From contig NC_091282.1 in assembly GCF_032444005.1 (NCBI RefSeq), forward strand, positions 1,149,604,001 through 1,149,668,000: a stretch of DNA of 64,000 nucleotides. Direction: 5' to 3'. The translations under genes were made by a program, and so were the position numbers. Each line of letters begins with the position of its first letter. The first letter of the stretch is position 1. The notes under the pieces are model-generated. The model had not been told where the DNA came from, did not search any database, and saw only the letters and a list, made by a program, of their open reading frames with translations. The DNA comes from Ranitomeya imitator. Its lineage: Eukaryota. Positions 48,690-61,980 of the stretch are shown here, one piece after another.

Positions 48690-51283
48690 CCAATATAGGC
48701 TCACTTTGTGGGGAGTTCAACTGTTTTGTCACCTCAAGGGCTCTGAAAATGCGGCATGGCATCCGCAAACAATTTCATCAAAGTCAGGGCTGTACAACAT
48801 TAATCCTTTTTTTAAACTTAGCACTATGTTAAAACGATAATCCAGATGCACCACAGCCATCACTCATGGCCTCTGCGTGCCGGGCGCCTGCACAGTTGTT
48901 TTTTTTCGTGCATGCGCATTTGCGCTGCCCTTCGGACTTACAGCGCACTCGCCGGGGATGCTACTGAAGGAAGAGGAGGTGGCGCCTGGCGTGCAGAGGC
49001 CATGAGTGATGGCTGGGAGGCATATATATTAGGGGGGAAAGACCTGCCAACCCTGGCAATTTCACGGTATGAGGGACAAATTTAAAAAACGATTCTTTCA
49101 GCAGTGCCATGGACCTGAACTAAAGGAGCCACCTTGTCAGAATGTAGCATTACTGCTGCTCAAGGTGGCTCTTTTAGTTACAAACACCCAGGGGGGTGAC
49201 AGATTCCCTTTAAGTAGCAAATTTTGTGGTCCATTTTCGCTATCAATTGCAGTTAATTTTGTGTTTTAAAAGTGAAATGGTGCTCTTTACCTTCCGAGCC
49301 CTGTCGTACACCAATCAATAGTTTTCCACCACATATGGAATGTCGGTATACTCACGAGAAATTGCACAACAATTTTTGGGGTCTATTTTATCTTGTCATC
49401 CTTATGAAAATGCAATATTTGGGACTAAATCAATATTTTTTTTCAAAAAGGAAAATGTTCATTTTTTCATATGAAAATTGCTTTAATAATAAAAAAATAA
49501 TTATTATTAATATTATTAATTCTTGTGAAGAACTTAAACAGTTAATAGACTTATTGAATGTGGTTTTGAACACATTGAGGGGTGTAGTTTTAAAATAGTG
49601 TCACACAGGGGAAATTTTCTGTATTATAGGCTCCTCAATTCAAATGTGGTCCCGAGTAAAATTAGTTTTATACATTTTTGTGGAAAAATGGGAAATTACC
49701 GTATATACTCGAATATAAGCCGACCCGAGTATAAGCTGACCCCCCTAATTTTGCCACAAAAAACTGGGAAAACTTAATCACTCTAGTATAAGCCTAGGGT
49801 GGGAAATGCAGCAGCTACCGGTAAAATGTCAAAAATAAAAATAGATACCAATAAAAGTAAAATTAATTGAGACATCAGTAGGTTAAGCCCATAATGCTCC
49901 ATAAAGTTTGATGGGCTCCATAAGATGCTCCATATTAAAATATGCCCCATATAATGCTGCACAAATGCGGATTATGGCCCCATAAGATGCTCCATACAGA
50001 CATTTGCCCCATATAATGCTGCACAAATGCAGATTATGGCCCCATAAGATGCTCCATAAAGATATTTGCCCCATATAAAACTGCACAAACATTGATTATG
50101 CCCCATAAGATGCTCCATGTAGACATTTGCCCCATATAAAGCTGCACAAACATTGATTATGCCCCATAAGATGCTCCATGTAGACATTTGCCCCATATAA
50201 AGCTGCACAAACATTGATTATGCCCCATAAGATGCTCCATGTAGACATTTGCCCCATATGCTGTTGCTGCGATAAAAAAAAAAAAAATCACATACTCGCC
50301 TCTCTTCGCTCAGGCCCCCGCCACTTGCTATATTCACCTGCTCCCCGTTCCACCGCCGCCGTCCACCGCTGCATCTTCCCCATCCTCTGCACTGACTGTT
50401 CAGGTAGAGGGCGACGCGCACACTAATCGCGTCCCCGCGCCCTCTGACCAGAGCATCAGTGCAGAGGACGGGAAGATGCAGCAGCGGCCGGCAACAGTGG
50501 AATGGGGAGCAGGTGAATATCGCGCACTGCGTTATACTCACCTGCTCCTGGCGCGGTCCCTAGACGTCCCTAGTTCACTGACGCTGGCAGCTTCATCCTG
50601 TATTGAACGGTCACATGGTACCACTCATTACAGTAATGAATATGCGGCTCCACCCCTATAGGAATGGAGTGGGGTCCATATTCATTACTGTAATGACTGG
50701 TACCATGTGACCGCTCACTACAGGTAGAAGCTGCCGTTGCCGGGGAACCAGGGACTGCGCCAGGAGCAGGTGAGAATGATTACACAGCTGCTGCTCCACC
50801 TCCCCTGCCGACCCCTGGGTATGACTCGAGTATAAGCCGAGAGGGGGACTTTCAGCCCAAAAAAATGGGCTGAAATTCTTGGCTTATACTCGAGTATGTA
50901 CGGTACTAATAAAATTTTAACCCCTTTAACTTCCTAGCAAAAAACTATTCTTCAAAAATGGTTCTTATGTAAAGAAGACATGTGGTAAATGTTATTAATT
51001 AACTATTTTGTGTAGTACAACACTCGTGTAAAAATTAACAAGTTGGAAATATGCAAAATTTACATCATTTCATAACAGTTCTGATTTTTTCACAAATAAA
51101 TGCAAAAAATGTCACAGTAAATTTACCAGTACCAAAAATTACAACGTGTCATAACAAAACATTTTCAGAATCAATGGGATTCGTGGAAGCGTTCCAGAGT
51201 TATTACCATATAAATTGACACTGCTCAGAATTGGAAAATTTGGCCAGTTCAGGAAATTAAAAGAGGCTGGGTGGTGAAGGGGA
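48690..51283. mobile_element. Degraded piggyBac-like relic related to the right part of copy A, with nested MITEs
   Basis: 49250-49690 and 50910-51280 resemble 19600-20460. The ends are eroded. Confidence 0.5.
49699..50903. mobile_element. Tc1/mariner (pogo-like) MITE with an internal 61-62-bp minisatellite (49885-50260)
   Basis: TA|CCGTATATACTCGA(A/G)TATAAGCC...GGCTTATACTCGAGTATGTACGG|TA. GCCCCATATA recurs every 61-62 bp, and there is an internal hairpin at ~50610-50712. Confidence 0.88.
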
Positions 51284-52878
51284 TGAAGAAAAATTCTCTA
51301 AAAAAAATGAAAATAGGTTAAGTTTTGCATTCCTGCTTTACTTGTACAATTTAACAAACACATGTTTGTCTGTACACCTACCAACCAAAGTAGCATTCTG
51401 GGTTACGTTTTTGCTGATAAGGGCGGTGAGAGGTGTAAGGATATGATAAAATGAATAGCAGCATTCAGTATGACTTAAGAATCCTGCAAAAAAAAAAAAA
51501 AACAAGCCCTCTTATGTTTATGTCACTTCAAAACTTAAACAGGAATGCCTTTATAAAAAAAATAAAAGATAGAAAAAAAATGAAAATATAAAAGCTAAAA
51601 TTAGCTTTATCCTTTCTGGCTTAGGCCAAAATCAAGTAAACTCAAGATAATAAAATGTTTTCCTCAACAGATCAGAAATGTAGCCTCCAATTAAAGAGGA
51701 GAGCAAAAGTTGAAAAATCTAAACAATGATTATCCATTTTTGATAAGTATATTAAATTTTTTAAGGAGCAATGGTGAGTGCTGTTTCATTTTCTCAATAT
51801 TAAATTGAATTATCCTTTGGGGCTTTCATGGCTACTTCTATTCATTCTTGTAAGAAAAAGTTTTATGCTGCATAGTTTTTTATAAAGTCCATGTACCTAA
51901 GCAAGTAAATTATTTTGGATAAAATAAATTAAAAGTGATTTAGTGCATTCTAAAATTTGTTTATCAGCATATCTAATTCTAACATTATAAATAATTTAAA
52001 ATAATTTACTTACCATAATGAGATTAGGTTCTCACAGTGTTCCTTATAGCCACTTTTTTTTGTCCACCAAGCACAAAAATAAGCTAATTTAATAAGAAAG
52101 CAAATATCACAAATATGGGTATCAAATAATTTGAGCAGATTTGAGAACACAGCAATGTCACCATAGTTGACTGTGATTGACCAGCGTCCCTACCTTGAAT
52201 ATGAACAGATAAGATACAGCTGTGTGAAAAAGTGCTTGCCCCTTTCCTGGTTTCCTATTCTTTTGCATGTATGTCACCCTTAAATGTTTCAGATCACCAA
52301 ATTTAAATATTAGACAAAGATAACACAAGTTTACACAAAATGCTGTTTTTAAATGAAGGTCTTTATTATTAAAGGAAAAAGAAATCCAATCTTAAAGGGC
52401 CCTGTGTGAAAAAGTGTTTGGCTCCTAAACCTAATAACTGGCTGAGCCACCCTTAGCAGCAACAACTGCAATCAATCATTTACGACAACTGGCACTTAGA
52501 GATGGGTGAACTCGAACAGTAATGTTCAAGATGTGTATCAAACACCTAGTGTCGATGCACGGATCCAGAAAATGGACATTTCCAGGAAGTCTGTGTTACT
52601 GTTCAGGTTCAGCATCCCAAACATCAGTTGTTTCCCACACTGTTATCTGTGTGAGAACTTGAGAAGCACCGTCGGGCTCTGATCAGCGGTAAGTTAGTTG
52701 CCGCTGGTCAGAGTGCTGCGGTTCCTACACTGTAAGGTGAGAAAATGCTACTCTCATCGTCATCAGAATACAACTGCTGTCACTGATAACTGCGAGAGCA
52801 GGAGCTGCTGATGGTAGTATTTATCAGCCAATGCCTGTGCTATAAATACATAAATATAAAGAAATATGAAGTGGGGCC

Positions 52879-53387
52879 TGTTGTGAATTCTGTGGCAGAG
52901 CTCCCTCCTGTGGTCACAAGTGGTACTTCGGCTGATTCTCTCTGTGAGCTTCTGTTGGTGGAGGGAAGTGGTACTGCGGCTTCTGAGTTTCCTCCCTCAG
53001 GTGATCTGGTGAGGTCGTTAGGTGCTTCTCTACTTAACTCCACCTAATGCTTTGATCCTGGCTTCCTGTCAATGTTCCAGTGTTGGACTTGCTTTTCCCT
53101 GGATCATTCCTGTGGCCTGCTGCTATGCATAGCTAAGTTCTTCTTTGCTATTTGTTTGCTATTTTTTCTGTCCAGCTTGTCTAATTTGTTGCTGGAAGCT
53201 CTGGGACGCAAAGGGTGTACCTCCGTGCCGTTAGTTCGGTACGGAGGGTCTTTTTGCCCCCTTTGCGTGGTTTTCCTTAGGGTTTTGTGTAGACCGCAAA
53301 GTTACCTTTTCTATCCTCGATCTGTTAAGAAAGTCGGGCCTCACTTTGCTGAATCTATTTCATCTCTATGTTTGTCTTTTCATAACA
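52879..53387. mobile_element. Solo LTR (509 bp), a different family from the two TGTTAGG LTRs
   Basis: TGTTGTG...CATAACA termini with GGGGCC duplicated on both sides. The uninterrupted homologous site is at ~53792. Confidence 0.85.
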
Positions 53388-54461
53388 GGGGCCTCTTCTA
53401 TTTTTGATAACCAAAGCGGCCCAGAAAAGATACATCTATTAGATGCACCAATTCAGATCTAGAAAAATGGACTTCTCCAGGAAGTCCGTGTTACTGTTCA
53501 GGTTCAGCACCCCAAACATCAGTTGTTTCCCACGCTGTTATCTGTGTGATAACTTGAGAAGCACCGCTGGGCTCTGAAATGCTGTAAGTCAGTTACTGCT
53601 GGTCAGAGTGCTGCGGTTCCAACACTGTCAGGTGAAAAAGGTTACCGCTGGTAACAGGAGTCAGCTGATGAGAGATTGCTACTCTCATCAGCATACACCT
53701 GCTGTCACTGGTAACAGCGAGAGCAGGGGCCACTGATTGGAGTATTTAACAGCTGATGCCTGTGCTAGAAATAAATAATTATAAAGAAAAATGAAGTGGA
53801 GCCTCTTCTATTTTTGATAACCAGAGCAGGCAAAGCTGTAAACTGTGGGCAGCAGCAATCAGTTGTCAGCTTTATCATGGCTTGTGATCAAGAATAGAGG
53901 GGTCCCACACTGATTTGTTAAATTATTTAAATAAGTAATTTAAAAAGATTTTGTCAGGTTTCCCCAATTTTGACAACCAGCTAAGCTAAAGCAGACAGCT
54001 GGGGGCTGGTATTCTGAGACTGGCAAGGGGCAATGGATATTGGCCCCCCAGCCTACAAATAGCAGCCCACAGCCTACAAATAGCAGCCCACAGCCGCCCA
54101 TTAAAGATACATTTATTAGATGCGCCAATTCTGGCCAATTGCCAGAATTATCCCACTTAAACTGGTGCTGTGGCAAGTGGGGCAATATTTGTGGGGTTGA
54201 AGTCATCTGTTTTAAGGTCGCTGACATCAAACCCAGAGGTTAGTAATGGAGAAGCAGCTCTAAGGCTTTCCTATTACTAACCCCATAGTTAGTATGCCAT
54301 AGCCAGAATAACATTCTTTAATCAAAATAATAAATCAAACGGTAAAACTAGAGAGACTGAAAACACAAATAGGGTCTTATCGGATAACCAAGTGGTGTAA
54401 AATGTTATACACTCACCTGAAGATCCGGATAATTTGGATAACGATCATCAGTGACAACAAC

Positions 54462-54727
54462 TATCTGCTATCCATGCTTTTATAGCCTTTTTACTAGGCA
54501 CTGCTCCTAATAGCCAGATTCCTACTCCACACTGATGAGGGGCAAAAACCCCGAAACAGCTGTCTGTGGATGGATACCATGCTTGGCATAGGTGGCTTTC
54601 CTTCATAGGATGCTGCCCTTCCCGTGGTTGTTCCTTCCCGGGGAAAGGCCTGGCTATTCACTGCTTGCGTCGAGAAACACGTGATGGTGTCTCCGCAGCT
54701 TCTTTACATGTATCTGCTATCCATGCT
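54462..54727 (+). mobile_element. 249-bp hammerhead-bearing unit (Penelope-related or retrozyme-like) bounded by a 17-bp direct repeat
   Basis: TATCTGCTATCCATGCT at 54462-54478 and 54711-54727, with no ORF in between. The element class is inferred. Confidence 0.6.
54526..54570 (+). ncRNA. Minimal type-I hammerhead ribozyme
   Basis: TCCACA-CTGATGA-GGGG-CAAAAA-CCCC-GAAA-C-AGCT-G-TC-TGTGGA. Core is canonical, stem I has 6 bp, stem II has 4 bp and loop 3 is palindromic. Predicted cleavage is after GUC at 54564. Confidence 0.9.
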
Positions 54728-56726
54728 AGCCAGATCACACTGAGACAGAAGAGTAACCAAGCTCCTGCAGTGTGTAGCGCTGAGAATGGTCACTGGAGCT
54801 CAAAGCTGATAAACCCCGGTGACCTCACAACACTGCTCACTGCTTGCTGAAAGTTCTCATGCAGTTAGCGATGCCTTAAGTGGCCTTTCTCACTGGAGCT
54901 CATCGCTAAACACTATTATGCTCCTGTCTCCGTGTGAGCTAGCTAGCATAAATAGTGGTCGCATAACTGGTGTGACTGCTATTCAAATCATCAGGATTTT
55001 CGTGGGACAGATTTGGATTATCTTCATGATGGACTGGTGAGGGATATGGTTGTTTATTATTTTTCTTCTTTTACTGGGACATGGGCATCGGTGGATTATC
55101 TGTAAAGGTAAGTATTATGGTTGTTTATTATTTTCTGTCTTTTACAGATGACATAGGCTCCAGAGTTGCATATAACAGATGTTCAAGCCCTCCATTCAAC
55201 TGAATAGGGTCTGGCTTCGGGTATATTTTTGGTACACGAACCAAACTTTTTTCAGATGTTCCATCAAACCCCCTGGACCTGAACATCCATGGGTTCGCCA
55301 ATCACTACTGTCAATGAGTGTTTTATAATGCTCTGGAGGAGTTTTGGCACACTCAGCTTTACAGAACTGAATTGGAAGGTTTCTAAGTATGAACCACCTT
55401 TTTAAGGTCATTCCACAACATATCAATTGGATTGAGGTCCGAACATTGAATAGACGACTCTTAAGTCTTTATTTTGTTTTTCTGAAACCATTCAGAGGTG
55501 GTCTTGCTGGTGTGATTTAAATATTTGTCCTGCTGCATAACCCAAGAGTGCTTCAGCTTGAGGTCACAAACAGATGGCCTGACAATCTCCTTCAGGATTT
55601 TTTGGTAGACAGCAAAATTCATTATTGCATTTACCACAGCAAGTCTTCCAGGTGTTGAAGCAGCAAACCAGCCCCAGACCATCACACTACCACCACCATA
55701 TTTAACTGTTGGTATGATGTTCCTTTTCTGAAATACCGTGTTACTTCTACGCAAGATGTAATGAGACATGCACCTTCCAAAAAGTTCAACTGTAGTCTCG
55801 TTTGTCCACAGAGTATTCTCCCCAAAATCTTGGGGATCATCAACATGTTTTCTGGCAAAACTGAGATGAGTCCTTATGTTCTTATTGCTAAACTGTGGTT
55901 TTGTGTTGGAACTTTGTCATGCAGGCCATTTTTTGCCCAGCATCTTTGTTATGGTGGAGTCATGAACACTGATCTTAACTGAGGCAAGTAAGACCTGCAG
56001 TTCTTTGGATGTTTTTTGGGGGTCTGTTGTGACTTTTTGAAGAGTTATTGCTGTGCTCTTGGGGTAATTTTGGTTGGCCGGCCATGCCTAAGAAGGTTCA
56101 CCACTGTTCCCTGTTTCGCCATTTGTGGTTAATGGCTCTCACTGTGGTTTGCTGGAGCTACAAAGCTTTAGAAATGTCTTTATAATCTCTTCCAGAATGA
56201 CAGATCTCAATTACTTTGTTTTTTTCATTTGTTCCAGAAATTATTTGGATCGTGGCATGATGTCTAGCTTTTGAGCTTCTTTTGGTCTAATTCATTTGTC
56301 AGGCAGGTCCTATTTAAGTGATTTCTCAATTGGGAACAGGTGTGGCAGTAATCCGGCCTGCGTGTGGCCAGGATATTTGAACTCAGCTTCTGAAAGATGC
56401 GTTGTATCACAGTTACTGTAATTTATGTTTTAAAAGGGGTTGGGGGAAATCACTTTTTGCACAGCGCCCTGTAGGTTTGGATTTCTTTTTCCCTTAATAA
56501 TAAAGACCTTCATATGAAAACTGTCTTTTATCTTTATGTGTGTTATATTTGTCTAATATTTAGATTTGTTTGGCTATCTGAAACATTTAAGCGTAACAAA
56601 CATATATAAGAATAGGAAATCAGGAAGGGGCAAACACTTTTTTACACCACTACATATGGTAATGGAAGCCCTGATGTTATGAGGTAACTGTGAAGGATCT
56701 TTAAAATAGGTCTATTATTTTACCAC

Positions 56727-56728
<2 letters not shown>

Positions 56729-56770
<42 letters not shown>
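56729..56770. repeat. (TA)21 microsatellite
   Basis: Read directly. Confidence 0.97.
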
Positions 56771-56771
<1 letters not shown>

Positions 56772-58335
56772 TCTGAAAATCACCTTTAAAGTGTTCAATA
56801 CCAAATATTTTAAATACTGTTGTGTTCATTTTGTACATGCAAAAACATTTTGTTTTCACTATTGATGTTCCTAAAGTTGGTGGGATTTTGGTACTAAAAT
56901 TAAAATCCTATTATGCAATTATAATATTAGAGTGACGCCAAACTGACAAAATTCTATTCACCAGATTTGCTCAAATTTTTCTGAAAAATTTGCATACATT
57001 ATATATGGAACTAACATTGTGGGGAACCATACATGCTGTAAATTATTATTTTATGTCTCAGGCTCTAAAGCATAATAACTGGAGAGTTTAAAAATTAGAA
57101 AAATATTATACTCACTACGACCCTTACCTGTTGTGGTGTCACAGACAATTGCATGGTCCTCCAATGTCTCGCTTACTTCTTACTTCCAGTTTGCTCTTTC
57201 ATATTCACTCTTCTTCACTGTAAATATTGAATCACAAAACATCCGGTTCTGGTAAATTCTTTTTTTTTTTCTGAAGTTAGACACAAATTAAATTTGACTT
57301 GAATTAATTTTCTCATCTCTAAGACCAGAAAGTAGCTAATGACTGGCCTTTACACAATCTCTTTAAAGCACCACTCCGGCAATTTTTTTTTTATTTACTT
57401 CTTGAGTGGTGCCACATTATATGTTCTATGGGATGGGGATGCATGACACAAGGATTGACCAAAAATGTAAGTAATCAATCCATTTAGGCTTTGCATTTCA
57501 TATATAGCCTATTTTTTTTCTGGAAAGTTCCTATAATAAAACCAACCTGAATATGATTAATGACAAAACTGTAAAAAGAAATGTAAGAATCTTAACTCCA
57601 CTCACAGAACAAACCAAATAAATTGTATCATTTAAACAAATCAATTTATAATTTAATTTTTGCATTTCAAAGGCTCAATAACTAAGATTGACTTAGCCTT
57701 AATAGTGAGATGAGTCACGGCCAATTTGTCATTCCTACACGTTGCCCTTTCTTTTTGTTCTTTAAGCCATGAGTTTCATTACGAAGATTATACATCAAGA
57801 ATTAAAATGCGCCCATTAATAATAAAACACATGTATAAATGATAGAGTCTGACAGATCTCAATTTTGATTCAGTCATTGTGGTATCTAACCAAATCATGC
57901 TGAGGTGCAGTCAGCAAGCATTTGCATCAATAACGCTGAACCAAATACATAACAATTTAAATAAATTAAAGTATAAAGTAATGAATCTTTGTCAGATACA
58001 ACACTGAAGCTTAAACATAAAGAAGAGATACAGAATGGCACAAATGAGCTGTAGACCAAATGATTTATTACCTAAGCAATTAACAAATGCATAGATCATG
58101 ACATCATCATGACATATTCAGGTGATTAGTGGAAAGTGATTCCCAACCAATTGGTGGGGGTGATTGGTAGACATAGGGCACATATGATCCCTTAAAGATG
58201 TTTTGCAGCCCCAGGAAATCTTTTACAAATACCTAACAATAATGTAAAATAACAAAAAGAGTAATATTCACCTTACTAGTTACCTGCCATTTCAAAGTAG
58301 ATGCTTTACCAGTCTCCAGTCTCCAGCGGTGTTAA

Positions 58336-59355
58336 AGGGAAGGTGCCACCAGTTTTCTTGCATTTTGTTTTTTTGTGAAATTAAGCTTAAAATAGTAATT
58401 AAAATGTATTAATGCAATGTTTGCACTGTTTGCAAACATTTCTATATGAAAAATATTATATATTTTTCTACAAATATACATATTTACCACTAAGGGGAGC
58501 ATTTTCCATTTTAGACCTCAAGCAGCTATAGTAAGATTTAGCAGCTCTGCCCCAGGGATATTAGACCACCCAAAAGGGGAGGGAAATGGTGATGTCAGCA
58601 GTTACTGCCCCAATTTTGCTTCTAACAGTAATGAAGAGCAGCATCACAGGGCAGCACCATTTTGTGTGTGACTGCCCTGTGACCTGCTATCACCAGCAGT
58701 TACTGCATCAGAGGCACAGCTTGTTTACAGAGGAGCAGAACACAGTGGGCTCAGCAGCATTTTTTGTGAATAACATTCTTGCCATCCCCCTTCCCCCACC
58801 TTAATCCCTGTCCTGTCAGCTGCCCTTCCTGCTCTCTCTCTCCAGGTGTCACCTTCCTCTCTGCAGGCTGTGAGTGCAGCTTACCAGAGATCACAGGGAC
58901 TGTGTGTGTGGGGGGAGGGGGAGACAGCAGGAGAAGCACACAGGGCAGCTTGTGAGGAGCAGAGGATGTGCCTGCCTGGAGTACAGAGGAGCAGTGAGGG
59001 CTTCTTCTGTCCTGTGATAGAGAGCACAGGGCTATAATAAAATGGCGGCTAGTCACACCTACAGCAGTGAGTTGTGCAGCCCACAGAAGCATGCCCAGCT
59101 CACTGCTAATGCTGCTGCAATGTTACAGATAGGGTCCGCGCCGGTCTATTATCTCCTATGTCCATGGGGTGCCGTAATCTGACACTGATAGGGCCCTGCT
59201 ACTGCTGCAAAACCAAGATGTCAGCCCCCAGTGCATTCTTCAAACTCATATAACACATGAAATCTGTTTCACATGCATTTCAAACTTGCTTATAGCGGCA
59301 TGTTATGCTACATTACAGTGATTTATTAATGACCTACAAATGCGGTACCTTCCCT
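58336..59355. mobile_element. Kolobok/T2-type non-autonomous element (~1.0 kb)
   Basis: TTAA|AGGGAAGGTGCC...GGTACCTTCCCT|TTAA. Confidence 0.82.
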
Positions 59356-60312
59356 TTAAGTGTTCCTGACATGTGACCACTGCAGTCAATGACTGACCTT
59401 AGTGGTAACCTCAGTGCAGTCATTAGCTCCAATGGTCATGTATCAACATGTCAAGTAATCACTGCAGTAGGGAAATAAATCACTGGTGGGAAACATGGGA
59501 AGTATCTATAGATGGGTAAATTTATTTGAGTGGAATTGATTTACGATCAAATTTTAGAAAAATTAAGTTGTGGCCAACTGCAGCTGCCATCAGCAGAAGG
59601 CCAGTAAGTTTAAACTAATAAAAATCATACCTCACCACTTCCCTTTCCACTTGTCCACGCTGCTGTCTGCCCACAGTCCTGTCGTCTGCACCACCGTCAC
59701 ATCACATCTTTGACCTGGTGTTCACTCTAGACTGGGGCTTCTCGATACAACCAGATCTTGGAGTTCACTGTGCATGCTCCAGAGCCTCCCGAAGGCTGGA
59801 ACGTTCGGTCAAGAGTGAACACAGTACAGAGACTTTTGGCCGCAGAATGTTCTACACATGTGCAGTAATCTACAGGGCTTGCTCATAATCTGAAGTGCTT
59901 TCCTAGAATGAAGTCTGAGCTAGAGAAGACATCAAAGGTGAGGAGGACTGAACAGCAGGCAGGCTGCAGCAGGAGTGTCCAGAGGAGACAGCGTTGAGTT
60001 GAATATAAGAATTTTTAAAATTTTGTCACTTATTATGTTTATTATGTTCCCTGATCTGTATGGACCCCAGAGCATAGTACGGGAAATATTGTAAAATTTA
60101 TAGAAAATAACTTCGTTCAGATTCGAATTTCCTGGTAAAGTCCGTGTAAACAGGAGAATCTAAATTTTGCCTTGGCTGCACATTTCCAGAAGCATTGGCT
60201 TGGGAGCAAAAGGGGATTGGTACGTAGCACTCATTTTATACTTTTCTATTTGCTGTAAGCTATTTGCTAATGACTTCATAGGGTTCAAATACTATTAATT
60301 AAGTATAAAGAA

Positions 60313-61980
60313 TAGTGATGAGCGAGCATACTCGGTAATGCTTGGTACTCGCCCGAGCATCGCTGTACTCGCAGTACTCGGTGAGCACTGAGCATTTCCG
60401 GGTTTGCTCAGCAGGAGCTCAGGTCCCCGCCTTGCATGTGTGGCGCTCTTTAGAGAGCCAATCAACATGCAAGGATTGTTTGCCACACACTGTAATGCCA
60501 TAGCCATCTTGGTTGTGGTATTACAGTGATTGACTGGCTGCATAGCATCATCAGGTCTATAAGAGACCTGGCGCCTCATTCAGCTCCTGATTCAGACAGT
60601 GTAGGGAGAGGTGCTGCCGAGATAGGGTCAGATTTGGGGGTTTATCATTTAGTGTGGGTATACCATCATATTTTACACAAATCCAGCTAAGCCAACAGTC
60701 CTTCTAAGGACTAATTACGGAGTATATAGATTGCAGTGTTAGGTAGGCAGGGGAGTGTTTGTGGCTCTATACATATCAGTGCAAGGCATGCAGGCACTGT
60801 ATGCAGGTATAAAGATATCATTGCATACATCAAGAGGGTTCATTCCATTACTGTCTGCTGCTGCCTATTAAATATATACCTAGCGGCAGGCATCTGTGGC
60901 TAGGAAGAATTTTTTTGCATCTTAATCCTGATTATTTTATTCCAAAGCAATCCAGAGCCCCCCATTTCTTTTTTTTGCTTGTTGACACTGCAGACTACAG
61001 CCAGATCCTTTTCATAGTACAGCGTGAAAATCCAGCTATTTTAAACAGGTTTGCCCTTCCCAGCTATCACATCTGAGTGCCCAGAAAATTCTGGCATTTT
61101 TTGTGGTTCTGTAGTATTTTTTGGAGTGTCTTATCCAATTTTTTGACACCATTTTGCTGCTCAAAAAGTATTTAGCTGCCAAACAAATATTTAGCTACAG
61201 TTCAGATTTTTAACACTGTGTTTTGTCCTCTACATGGATCGCATATCATTGCGCTATAAATTGTACCATTTCAGGCCTTCATGGAAATTTTTTTGTTGTG
61301 TCATAGCCTACTTATTGACATAATTTTGATGGAAAAAAAAATACATGCCACATATTGAACATTTCCGTCAAATGCCTCTTCTATCTGTGGGCTAAAAATT
61401 GTGGCATTTGAGGGCTCCATTCTACTGTTTTTGCTCTGTCTTACCCTAGTTCTATAAAGTAATTTTCTGTAAAAAAACAAATATACAGGCTACATATTGA
61501 ACATTGTGTATCTCTGTCAGACGCCTGATTTATCTGTGGGCTACAAATTTGGGCGTTTCAGGCCTCCACTCCACTGAATTTGCTGTCCGTTACCCTAGTT
61601 CTATACACTATTTTGGGATAAAAAATACAAAAATACAGGCCACATATTGAACAGTGTGGTACCTCTGTCTGACGCTTGATCTATCTGTGGGATACAAATT
61701 CGGGCATTTCAGGCCCACATTCCACTGTATTTGCTCTCTGTTACCATAGTTATAAACAGTATTTTTCTGTAAAAACAAAAATACAAACCACATATTGAAC
61801 ATTGTGGTATCTCTGTCAGGCGCCTGATCTATCTGTGGGCTACAAATTTGGGGCATTTCAGGCAAACATTCACCTTTTTGGCTGTGTGTTACCCTAATTC
61901 TATGAAGTATTTTTCTGTAAAAAAAAAAAAATGAAGGCCACATATTGAACAGTGTGGTATCTCTGTCAGACATTATTCCC
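60313..61980. mobile_element. One end of a hAT-type non-autonomous element; right boundary not found
   Basis: Starts TAGTGATGAGCGAGCA, followed by clustered TACTCG/CGAGCA subterminal motifs. The terminus resembles the one at 23957. Confidence 0.65.
61340..61975. repeat. ~148-bp tandem array, ~4.3 units
   Basis: CATATTGAAC at 61351, 61493, 61643, 61791 and 61941. Confidence 0.88.

Larger units (their letters stand above)
52497..55307. mobile_element. Non-autonomous hAT element (2.8 kb) nested in Tc1
   Basis: Ends TAGAGATGGGTGAAC / GTTCGCCAATCACTA. The 8-bp flanks CTGGCACT / CTGTCAAT are each one change from CTGGCAAT. Internal ~300-bp duplication at ~52560 and ~53450. Confidence 0.8.
52217..56652 (-). 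mobile_element. Tc1 element (~1.6 kb without the insertion); transposase pseudogene split by a hAT insertion
   Basis: TIR CAG(C/T)(T/G)GTGTGAAAAAGTG(C/T)TTGCCCC. Minus-strand remnants PTVKYGGGSVMVWGWFAAS and WVMQQD. Start codon at 56258 (MPRSK). Confidence 0.9.

Noticed and set aside
53660-53695. Other CTGATGA motifs (e.g. ~24485, ~27355, ~42643, ~53667) as hammerheads
   Set aside because: None has a stem II followed by GAAA and a pairing stem I. The one near 53667 is a simple GCTGATGAGAG/CTCTCATCAGC hairpin.
56928-57321. Possible degraded hAT MITE
   Set aside because: Only one convincing terminus (CTCATCTCTA) and no TSD.
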